DNA of 64,000 nucleotides, taken from assembly GCA_964291265.2 (NCBI GenBank), contig OZ219747.1:4128001-4192000 (forward strand). Reading direction: 5' to 3'. Both the position numbers and the translations under genes were made by a program. This DNA comes from Alphaproteobacteria bacterium (lineage in GTDB: Bacteria > Pseudomonadota > Alphaproteobacteria > SP197). Below are positions 20,333 to 28,699 of this stretch, piece by piece. How positions within the stretch are numbered: position 1 is the first letter of the stretch; every line of letters begins with the position of its first letter. The notes beneath the pieces were generated by a model that did not search any database, was not told where the DNA came from, and saw only the letters and a list, made by a program, of their open reading frames with translations.

Positions 20333-21226
20333 TCATGATCTCGCTTGTGGTTCTTTGGTCCTGGCGTTGACGACGTCGTTCCAGTCGGCGTTTTCCGGCG
20401 GTCTGCGTCTGTGGAACGAGACGTGGGAGGGGAGCTTCATCTTTTTGCGCAGGGTTTCGGCCTGTCGCTCTCCGGCCTCGTCGTGGTCCTGGGCGAGGAC
20501 GATGGTCCTGACGTTGGGCAGGCTGCTTGCGGCGAGGCTGATCTGTTCGTGCTGTCTTCGCGAGGGTGCCCCGGCGGTGGAGAGGAAGGCGTGGCTGGGG
20601 GGACATTGGTCGATCTGGGCCAGGCTGAGGGCGTCGACGGCGCTTTCGGTGATGACGAGGGCCTCGAGGTCCGCGGCGGTTCCGGCGCGGACGGCGAACA
20701 GGCTTCGGGTTCCACCGGTGGCGAAGCGTTTCGGTCCGTCGGGGGGACCGATCTCGAAGCCGGTGAGCTTTCGCTTCCTGTTGCGATGGGCGAAGAGGAC
20801 GCGTCCGTTGTGGTCGCGGCGGACCAGGGGGCGGCAGGTGTCGAGGGTCTCCGGGAGGATGCCGCGCCCGGTGAGCCAGTCCGGGGCCGCATCGGGCGTT
20901 GCCGCGGCCCAGAGGCTGCGGAAGTCGCGTGGCGCGGTGTCGGGTGCTGTGAAGCGGGTGCAGATGTCGGCGAAGGCCAGTCCGCGGTTGAGCATGAAGT
21001 CGATGACGGTTCCGTTGTCTTCATCGTTCTGGGTGTTGAAGTAGACCCAGTGTCCGTTGTTGAGGCACTTCGTGACGAGCTTCGGCAGGCCGGGTGCGCA
21101 CAGGACGGGGTTGGCGCGTGTCGAGGCCTGTTCGTCGCGGACGTATCCCCAGTCGGCGGCGATGCGTTCGAACGGCATGCGCTTGACGGCGTCGAAGTCG
21201 ACGCGGCGGGGTTTATCGGGTTTCAC
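20333..21226 (-). CDS. DUF3991/Toprim primase-like protein (copy 2)
   Basis: Toprim E..D and DxD motifs; GTG start overlaps the end of istB. Confidence 0.78.
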   Translation of the reverse strand: MKPDKPRRVDFDAVKRMPFERIAADWGYVRDEQASTRANPVLCAPGLPKLVTKCLNNGHWVYFNTQNDEDNGTVIDFMLNRGLAFADICTRFTAPDTAPRDFRSLWAAATPDAAPDWLTGRGILPETLDTCRPLVRRDHNGRVLFAHRNRKRKLTGFEIGPPDGPKRFATGGTRSLFAVRAGTAADLEALVITESAVDALSLAQIDQCPPSHAFLSTAGAPSRRQHEQISLAASSLPNVRTIVLAQDHDEAGERQAETLRKKMKLPSHVSFHRRRPPENADWNDVVNARTKEPQARS

Positions 21227-21914
21227 GCCTGAGCCGCCAGGAGTCGCTGTCGATGGAGATGAGGGTTGCGTCGTGCATGAGCCGGTCGACGGTGCCGGCG
21301 ATGCCGGAGGCGCTGGGGAAGACGCGGTCCCACTGGGCGAAGGCGAGGCTTGTCGTGACCATGGTCGAGCGGCGCTGATAGCGCCGCGAGACGATGGCGT
21401 AGAGGATGTCGGCATGGTGGCTTTCGAGGGTCACGTAGCCGATTTCGTCGAGGATGAGCAGGCGGGGCCTGGCGAGGATCGCGAGGCGGCGGCGCAGCTC
21501 GCTGCGCGAGACGGTCTCGGCGAGTGCCTCGAGCAGTTCCGGCGCCTTCTCGAAGCGGACGGTGTGGCCGTGCAGCAGGGCCTGGTGCGCCACGTTGGCG
21601 GCGATCATGGTCTTTCCGGTGCCCTGCCCGCCGACGAGCACGGCGTTGTCCGCACGGTCGACGAAGCCGAGGCCGAGGAGCGCTTCGACATGAGCCCGGC
21701 TGATGTCGCGCGGCCATGTCCAGTCGAAGTCCGCCAGGGGCTTGAAGGCGGGCAGCCGCGCCGCGGCGCGGCGGCGCTCGTGGCTGCGGGCCCTGCGGGC
21801 CTGTTCCTCGCCGCTGACCACCTCCTCGATCCATGCGGTCCCGGCGACCTCGTCCCAGCGTTCGACGAGCCCGTGGAGGCCGAGCGCCCGGGCACGCTCC
21901 CTGAGCTCGCTCAT
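21213..21914 (-). CDS. istB: IS21 helper ATPase IstB
   Basis: KPLADFDW, Walker A GGQGTGKT, Walker B LILDEIGY and DRLMH motifs. Confidence 0.95.
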   Translation of the reverse strand: MSELRERARALGLHGLVERWDEVAGTAWIEEVVSGEEQARRARSHERRRAAARLPAFKPLADFDWTWPRDISRAHVEALLGLGFVDRADNAVLVGGQGTGKTMIAANVAHQALLHGHTVRFEKAPELLEALAETVSRSELRRRLAILARPRLLILDEIGYVTLESHHADILYAIVSRRYQRRSTMVTTSLAFAQWDRVFPSASGIAGTVDRLMHDATLISIDSDSWRLRRETR

Positions 21915-23404
21915 GTCTTGTTCCTGGCGCTGGCTTCGGGCCTGTCGTAGGCGTCGAGAGCGGTCCCCCGCGGCGTCGTGCCACGGCCGCCGCGGCCGTC
22001 GTCGGCGATGCTGAGGGGCGGCAGGCCCTGCTCCCGGCGGCGCTCCTCGATGATGACGCGCACGGTTTCGGGGTGGCACGAGCCGCGCTCCAGCGCCGTG
22101 GCGACAGCCCGGTCGAGAGCGTCGGCGCCGTGCGCGTTGAGAAGCGTCTCCAGCATCCGGGCGCAGGAGGCCACGTTGCGCCCGTTGGTCCCGGCGCGCG
22201 CCAGCATCTCCTCGGCCCGCGGCACGGTGCGCAGGACCCGGTCGCGGACGCTCATGGAGCGGGCCCGCCGCTTGCCCGCGGCGATCGCCCTGGCATGCTC
22301 CGGATCGGTGACGGCCTGCTTCCTGTTGTAGGAGCGTCGGTGGCGCGCGACCTCGTCGGCGCCGTCGAGGATGCGAACCTCGTCGCGGTCGGCGACCAGC
22401 GTCAGCAGGGCCTTGGAGAAGCTACCCGGAACGCTGTAGTCGTTGGTGTCGAAGCGGGCGTGGCAGGTCTTGTCGATGCGCACCGGGCGGACCTCGTGAT
22501 GCGGGAAGGGATCGGCGGGAAGGACGATCAGGTGCTCCCTCTCCCGGGCGAAGGCGTCCCGCACCAGGAGACTGTCGTCGTCCGGCCAGGGCCGCTCCGC
22601 GGCGGCGCCGAAGCACCACTCCCGAACTGCGGCGTTGAGCTCGCCGAGCGGGACCGTGATGTCGCGCCCGGCGAAGAACCCGGTGCGCGCGAAGCGCACA
22701 CGGCGTTCCACGCGGCCCTTCTCCTGCGGGCTCCTGGGCCAGGCGGCGCTCGGTTCGAAGGCATAGTGGGCCGCGAGGCCGAGCAGCATCGGATGATAGG
22801 TGACCGCCTTGCCGCGGCGCGTCACCACGGCACTCTTCAGGTTGTCGTACAGAAGCCTCCGCGGCACACCCCCGAATGCCGCGAAAGCCTCGACATGGCC
22901 TTGCAGGAAGCTGGCCATCCGCGCGTCGTGGAACAGGCTCAGGACAGTCTGGCGCGAGTAGCTGAGGGTGACGAGAAGCCCCATGAGCCTGCGCTCCGCC
23001 CGGCCGATGCGGACCTTCCCGAACTCGGCCCAGTCAACCTGCGCCTGCTCGCCCGGAAGGAAGCTCAGCCGCAGCGACGGCTCGGGCCTCTTCACCGGCC
23101 TCAGCCCAAGGCGGCGCAGGTCGTGACGGAAGTGATCCTCGCCGCCGCGGTAGCCCAGAGCCACGACCTGTCGCCAGAGCGTGCTGGCCGGAAGGTCCGG
23201 CGACGCCTCAAGACGCTCCCCGAGGAAGGCAACGAAGGGGTCGATGAGCTTGGCCCGCGGCCGCCGCTCCTGCCCCGACGCCTTGAGCGCCCGCGTCACC
23301 GTGCCGTGGTGCACGCCGAGATGCCGGGCAATCGTCCCCACAGCCCAGCCCTCGGCCCGCGACAGCCGCACGATCGTCGCCCGCGTGTCCTCGTCGATCG
23401 CCAT
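21911..23404 (-). CDS. istA: IS21 DDE transposase IstA
   Basis: N-terminal HTH; PGEQAQVDW, LYDNLK, KGRVE (DDE triad) and NDYSVP motifs. Confidence 0.95.
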   Translation of the reverse strand: MAIDEDTRATIVRLSRAEGWAVGTIARHLGVHHGTVTRALKASGQERRPRAKLIDPFVAFLGERLEASPDLPASTLWRQVVALGYRGGEDHFRHDLRRLGLRPVKRPEPSLRLSFLPGEQAQVDWAEFGKVRIGRAERRLMGLLVTLSYSRQTVLSLFHDARMASFLQGHVEAFAAFGGVPRRLLYDNLKSAVVTRRGKAVTYHPMLLGLAAHYAFEPSAAWPRSPQEKGRVERRVRFARTGFFAGRDITVPLGELNAAVREWCFGAAAERPWPDDDSLLVRDAFAREREHLIVLPADPFPHHEVRPVRIDKTCHARFDTNDYSVPGSFSKALLTLVADRDEVRILDGADEVARHRRSYNRKQAVTDPEHARAIAAGKRRARSMSVRDRVLRTVPRAEEMLARAGTNGRNVASCARMLETLLNAHGADALDRAVATALERGSCHPETVRVIIEERRREQGLPPLSIADDGRGGRGTTPRGTALDAYDRPEASARNKT

Positions 23405-23436
23405 GAACTCCCTCCCTTTGGTTCCTCAACGCCGCA

Positions 23437-23967
23437 TCACGGGTCCCTCAGCACCACATGCGTCACGACCCGTCCGCATCTGGCGCACCGAAGCGGCGAT
23501 TCGCGCCGCTCTTGCGCCTTCACAACCGCAGGTAGGGAGGTCGGCAGCAGTCGGGAAGGGTGGTCCGTAACGATTTCTTCAGAACCGGCGTCTCCAGACA
23601 CCGCCGGAACGTCGCCAAGCAGCACCACAGCAGACGTCTGCGTGCCCATGATCTCGGCAACCATCGCCGCCCTGGCCTTCAACGCACGCGCCTCCTCCGC
23701 CTTGCGGAGCCGGTAACGCCGCTGGCGGTGACGGCCCGTCTCACGGCCCTTCAGCGTGCTCTGGTAGCGACGACGCGACGCGCGGCGCCGCTCGATCCGG
23801 GACCGCTCCCTGCACTCCTTGGAGCAATACACATGCCCCCGGTCACACGACCGGCAGAGAACAACCTGCCGCTGACACCGCCTGCAGTTGAACAGTCGTC
23901 CTGTCGTGCACACCGTCCGTCTCGAGAGCGGGGGTGGACCCGGACGCAAAATGGCTCGACAATACAC
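23437..23967 (-). CDS. Cys-rich, basic hypothetical protein upstream of istA (putative Zn finger)
   Basis: CRRC..CRSCDRGHVYCSKEC followed by an Arg-rich helix and a C-terminal CARC; start codon uncertain. Confidence 0.6.
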   Translation of the reverse strand: MYCRAILRPGPPPLSRRTVCTTGRLFNCRRCQRQVVLCRSCDRGHVYCSKECRERSRIERRRASRRRYQSTLKGRETGRHRQRRYRLRKAEEARALKARAAMVAEIMGTQTSAVVLLGDVPAVSGDAGSEEIVTDHPSRLLPTSLPAVVKAQERRESPLRCARCGRVVTHVVLRDP

Positions 23968-24231
23968 GGGAGTTCGGTCCCCCGTGACCGGCTCGTCCGG
24001 GTGCTGCGCCGGGGGGCGTCACAACTCCGCCCGGCATCGCATCGCTCTTTCTCTTGATGCCGATCTAGCATCCACCCGGGGCGGCGGCAAAGACGCCGCC
24101 CCGGGACCGGACAACGCGACCCGCCCACAGGGAAGACAAACAATCCCGCGAGTGCCTCGGAACCGGAACCCTCCCGGCAACCGTCACCAAGACCGAAGCA
24201 GAGGTCGACGGAACCCGAACCGGACCAAAAC

Positions 24232-24323
24232 GACAATAGGAAAAGACGGCGGCGCTCGGGGAGACAACCAGCCGAACACTCAAACCACGACAACAGGACG
24301 TGACAATAGGACCTGACAACAGG
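24232..24323 (+). repeat. Subterminal GACAAYAGG repeats
   Basis: Copies at 24232, 24289, 24302 and 24315; the last three have a 13-bp period. Confidence 0.7.
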
Positions 24324-24512
24324 GAAGAAACACGACCCTGACAAAGCGCGGCAAATCGCCGAAATCCCGCCGTTCTATGCAGCCATCAACAACGACACCG
24401 CCCGGCGCCCGTGCACCCAGGTCTTCATGCGCCCCTCACCTTCACGCAGGCGGACGACACCCTGGCGGGGGCGGCGGTGGAGACTTCGGGCGGCGGGCCG
24501 TGGCGGCCCTTC

Positions 24513-25589
24513 TCAGTCGCCGAGGCGCTGGCCGCTCTCCCGGTCGAACAGGTGAAGCGAATCGAGGTGCGGCATCAGGCGGATCGATTCGCCGGGCTCG
24601 AAGTCGTGCCGTTCCTTGAACTCGGCGCAGACCTCGTGCCCGGCCACCTCGCAAAACACGAGCGTGGTCGAACCGGTGGGCTCGACTACCGAGACCGTGG
24701 CTTCGACGCCTGCGCCACTGGGTGAGAGCGCCAGGTTCTCGGGGCGAATGCCATAGACGATCAGCTGCCCCTCGCCCACGCCAGCGCCCGGCGGCAGCGG
24801 TAGCGCGGTGCCGTCGTCTGCGGTCGCTGCCGGCGCGTCGCCTGCCGCGCCGCCCGAGGCCTCGATGAAGTTCATCGCCGGCGAGCCGATGAAGCCGGCG
24901 ACGAAGAGATTGGCCGGGCGGTCGTAGAGATCAAGTGGGCGGCCCACCTGCTCCACCCGGCCGAGGTTCATCACCACGATGCGCTCGGCCATGGTCATGG
25001 CCTCCACCTGGTCATGGGTCACGTAGATCGAGGTGGTGCGCAGCCGCTGGTGCAGCGCCTTGATCTCCGTCCGCATCTGCACACGAAGCTTGGCGTCGAG
25101 GTTCGACAGTGGTTCGTCGAAGAGAAACACCTGCGGGTCGCGCACGATGGCGCGGCCCATGGCCACGCGCTGGCGCTCACCGCCCGAGAGCTGGCGCGGC
25201 AGGCGATTGAGCAGATTCGTCAGCCCCAGAATCTGGGCCGCGTTGTCCACCCGTTCGCGGATCATGGTCTTGTCCGCACGGCGAAGGCGCAGGCTGAAGC
25301 CCATGTTCTGGCGCACGGTCATATGCGGGTAGAGGGCGTAGTTCTGAAACACCATGGCGACGTCACGGGCCTTGGGCGCCATGTCGTTCACCACCGTATC
25401 GCCGATCGCGATCTCGCCTTTGTTGACTTCCTCAAGGCCAGCGATCATACGGAGCAATGTCGACTTGCCGCAGCCGGACGGACCGACCAGGACGAGGAAC
25501 TCGCCGTCGTCAATGTCGATCGTCACGCCGTGGATCACGGCCGTGTCATCGAAGGACTTGTGGATCTCGCGGACCGATACCGATGCCAT
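24513..25589 (-). CDS. Sugar ABC transporter ATP-binding protein (UgpC-like)
   Basis: GPSGCGKS, LSGGERQR and DEPLSNLD motifs. Confidence 0.95.
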   Translation of the reverse strand: MASVSVREIHKSFDDTAVIHGVTIDIDDGEFLVLVGPSGCGKSTLLRMIAGLEEVNKGEIAIGDTVVNDMAPKARDVAMVFQNYALYPHMTVRQNMGFSLRLRRADKTMIRERVDNAAQILGLTNLLNRLPRQLSGGERQRVAMGRAIVRDPQVFLFDEPLSNLDAKLRVQMRTEIKALHQRLRTTSIYVTHDQVEAMTMAERIVVMNLGRVEQVGRPLDLYDRPANLFVAGFIGSPAMNFIEASGGAAGDAPAATADDGTALPLPPGAGVGEGQLIVYGIRPENLALSPSGAGVEATVSVVEPTGSTTLVFCEVAGHEVCAEFKERHDFEPGESIRLMPHLDSLHLFDRESGQRLGD

Positions 25590-25659
25590 GACTGCCTCCC
25601 AAATTCCAAGCCTCAGACTCCTTGAATGAAGCCAACAATGCACAGATGAGCCAAGTTTT

Positions 25660-26560
25660 CATCAGGCGGCAAGGGTCTGTCCCTCCCGGAGTTTGCTGAC
25701 CTCGTGGTCGAGCGAGTGGAGGATGCGTCCGAGCCTGGATGGCACCTTGTCATCGAAGGCCGCCGCCAGGGCAGGGCTGAGTGTCCGCCGATGGATGCGG
25801 CAACAGGCAGGAGCGGTCCCCTGCCCGGCGCACGTCAGACGACAGCGATGGGATGACGGTATCCTCTCGATGAGGCCCCGCAGGCGCAGGCGCCGCAGAT
25901 CATGGGTGGCCTGACGTGAGCCATAGGTGTCGGTCGACAGGAGGTCGGCAACGGCCTTGTCTCATCTGGCGATTGTTGAAGCCCATGGGGAGGAAGACAT
26001 GCAACAGGATGGCTGCGAGCACCGCCTGGATGCGTGGATCACCGAAGCGCAGGGCGGATACCCGACGTTCGTCGACGACGACAGGTTGATGCAGGGCATC
26101 GAAGGTGGCTGCTCCGATCGGACAGTCGTGACTGATGCGTTGGACGTCGAGAAGACGTCGGGTGGCGTGGAAGCCGACCTCCTTGAGGTCATCGAGGTTG
26201 ATCAGTCTGCGCTTGATGCCGAAGTCATACGTGTTGTTGATCACCTTCTGCGTTCGCAGGGCACGGCCTTCCTTGAAGGACTGCTTGATACGCGAATGCC
26301 TGTCATCCACATGCAGCGACGGCTGTACGCCGTCGGTGATGACGCGGATTCTGAACCGCGAGGTGGCCCGCCGTGTGATACGGCGGTTGAAGATCAACTG
26401 CACAGGGTCGGGACGGCCGATGTCGAGGTTCTGGCGCATGATCTCCTCGAACAGGATCCGGCCGTGAAGAGGACGGTCAAACACCTGTGTGAGCGCACAC
26501 TCCGCCTGGAGGATCGACAGGTCGTCGCGCATGCCCCTCATCGCGTCCTCATCGGTGAAG
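25660..26560 (-). pseudogene. Relic of an uncharacterised mobile-element protein with a C-terminal wHTH
   Basis: LTQVFDRP..NLDIGRPD..IKQSFKEGRALRT..ALRFGDPR, then after a frameshift DLRRLRLRGLIERIPSSHR; 5' part missing. Confidence 0.6.
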
Positions 26561-26751
26561 GGATTCTCAAGGACCTCGCCAGCGGACGTGCCATCGTCAT
26601 CTTCCGGACTCCGAACGACGGGTTCCCACATGGTGACCACAAACCATCCCAGCCCTCGGGCTGTATCGGGCGGATCACACTGCAGAGCGGAACAGCGGGC
26701 TCAAGTCCTCTTCCTCCCGCGACGTCTCTCGTCGGTCCGAGGCATGGCCCA

Positions 26752-27660
26752 TCAGCCCTTGACCGCACCGAGTGTAAGCCCACGCACGATGTAGCGCTGC
26801 GCGAACAGCGCAATCAGAACGGGCGGGATCATAGCGATGAGCGAGCGCACCGCCACGAACCAGAACTGCACGCCGCGCGAATCCACGCCGCCCGCGATAT
26901 GGACCGGCATGGTCGCCGATTCCTTGATGGTCAGGATCACCGCGAACAGATACTCGTTCCAGGCGAACGCGAACATGATCAGCGCGGACGCCGCGATCGC
27001 CGGCAGCGCAAGCGGGATTGCCACGCGGAAGAACGCAACGAAATGCGAGCCGCCGTCCACCAGCGCCGCCTCCTCCAGCTCGATCGGCAGGTCCTGGAAG
27101 GTCTGGCGCACGATCACCACCACGAAGGGCAGGATGAAGGTGGCGTTGACCAGGATCAGCGCGGCATGGGTGTCCAGCATGTCGAGAGAGGAGAAGACGA
27201 TGAAAAAGGGTACCGCGGTCGCCACGGGCGGCAGCACCCGCTGCGACAGGAACCAGATCGTGAGGTCCTTGTTCTTGATCCGCTTGAAGCGGAAGCGCGC
27301 CAGCGCATAGGCCGCCGGCAGGCCGAGGACGAGCGCAATAAGCACCGAGCAGACGGAGATGATCAGGCTGTTGCCGAAGGCGTTGGAGGCCTCCGGCGTC
27401 GAAATCTGCGATATCCAGTTCTCGAGTGTCGGCGTGAAGTCGAGGAAGGGGACGCCGAGGCCGGCCACGGTGAAGGTCTCGGCCGGGGTCCGCAGGCTGT
27501 TGGAGACCGCCCAGTATATGGGGAAGAAGAAGATCAGCGCGACGACGATTGCAATGATCGAGAAGCCGGCATCGGCGAACCAGAACCGCTTCCGCCTGGC
27601 CCGCGCCTGAGAGGGCCCGGTGAGCCGCCCGAACAGCGACTTGCCCAGGCCGCTAAGCAT
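26752..27660 (-). CDS. Sugar ABC transporter permease
   Basis: EEAALVDG, WNEYL and GAVKG motifs. Confidence 0.9.
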   Translation of the reverse strand: MLSGLGKSLFGRLTGPSQARARRKRFWFADAGFSIIAIVVALIFFFPIYWAVSNSLRTPAETFTVAGLGVPFLDFTPTLENWISQISTPEASNAFGNSLIISVCSVLIALVLGLPAAYALARFRFKRIKNKDLTIWFLSQRVLPPVATAVPFFIVFSSLDMLDTHAALILVNATFILPFVVVIVRQTFQDLPIELEEAALVDGGSHFVAFFRVAIPLALPAIAASALIMFAFAWNEYLFAVILTIKESATMPVHIAGGVDSRGVQFWFVAVRSLIAMIPPVLIALFAQRYIVRGLTLGAVKG

Positions 27661-28606
27661 AGGTCTGCCTCAGGCGGCGGAAGAAGAGCGTGACGATGAT
27701 CATCACGACGATCAGCAGCAGGTAGGCCATGGCCGACGCGTAGCCGAAATCGTTGAGCTTGAAGCTGCGCGTGAACGCCAGGTAGCTGTACGACTGGGTA
27801 GCGATGCCGGGCCCGCCCTTGGTCAGCGTCGCGATGATGTCGAAGAGCTTGACCGCCTCCGCCAGTCGCAGCAGCAGCACGATGATGATGACCGGCTGCA
27901 GCATCGGGATCACGACGATGCGCCACAGATCCCATGCCGAGCTGCTGTCCAATCGCGCACACTCCACAAGATCGTCGGGAATGCTCTGGAGCCCGGCGAG
28001 GAACACAAGAAAGCAGAACGGCGTCCATTGCCATATGTCGACAAGTATGACCGAGACGAGGGCCCAATCCGGGTGCGACAGCCATGGAATGCCCATGAAT
28101 TCGAGCGGACCGCCGATCTCGTAGAACACTGTAAAGAACAGGTACCCGACCGCGATCGGAGTCGCGAAAATCGGCAATATCATGATTGTTCGCAAGACCG
28201 CTCGCCCGAATACATACCGGTGGAAGAGGAAGGCGAGCAGGAACCCCAGGACAATCTCAAGCGTCACCGCCGTGAACACGAAGATCGCGGTAACCTTGAC
28301 CGCGGAGCCCACCTCCTCGTCGCCGAAGGCGCGGATGAAACTGGCGAAGCCGTTCCAGCTGAAGGTGGTCTGAAGCTCCCGGTGCACCAGGGTCTTGGTG
28401 CGCACCTCGCCGTTCGTCTTGAGCACGGGTTCACCGGTCTCGTCGAGCACCGGAACCTTCTCGCGCCCGGTGACCACCACCTGGCGGTCGACGTCGTGGA
28501 AGCTGATGTAGAGCGAGTAGCCGAGCGGGAAGACCGTGAACACCAGCACCCAGAACACCGCCGGCAGCAAAAAGACGAACTTGACCGGCTTGGTCCAGCG
28601 GATCAT
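27653..28606 (-). CDS. Sugar ABC transporter permease
   Basis: WQWTPF, ECARLD and GGPGIAT motifs. Confidence 0.9.
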   Translation of the reverse strand: MIRWTKPVKFVFLLPAVFWVLVFTVFPLGYSLYISFHDVDRQVVVTGREKVPVLDETGEPVLKTNGEVRTKTLVHRELQTTFSWNGFASFIRAFGDEEVGSAVKVTAIFVFTAVTLEIVLGFLLAFLFHRYVFGRAVLRTIMILPIFATPIAVGYLFFTVFYEIGGPLEFMGIPWLSHPDWALVSVILVDIWQWTPFCFLVFLAGLQSIPDDLVECARLDSSSAWDLWRIVVIPMLQPVIIIVLLLRLAEAVKLFDIIATLTKGGPGIATQSYSYLAFTRSFKLNDFGYASAMAYLLLIVVMIIVTLFFRRLRQTYA

Positions 28607-28641
28607 GGTCGGCTAGGGCTCACTGAACAAGGTGGGGTGCA

Positions 28642-28688
28642 GTGGGACGCAGGGCAGGCGCGACTTGGATGCGACCGCCCTGCGCCCC
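28642..28688. terminator. Intergenic stem-loop after the SBP gene
   Basis: GGGACGCAGGGC...GCCCTGCGCCCC inverted repeat, typical of an mRNA-stabilising hairpin in ABC operons. Confidence 0.5.
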
Positions 28689-28699
28689 GGTCGATGACC

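Larger units (their letters stand above)
16635..21487. repeat. Tandem direct repeat of about 2.4 kb (16635-19071 and 19072-21487)
   Basis: Near-identical sequence and ORFs; copy 2 starts with a second right-end IR at 19072, fused to the truncated istB of copy 1. Confidence 0.93.
16635..24391 (-). mobile_element. IS21-family transposon with passenger genes and a duplicated right arm
   Basis: Ends TGTCGGCGGCGATTTAGAACGGCGGGAT (16635, +) and TGTTGATGGCTGCATAGAACGGCGGGAT (24391, -); ACGAC direct repeat at 16630-16634 and 24392-24396; istA/istB inside. Confidence 0.9.
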
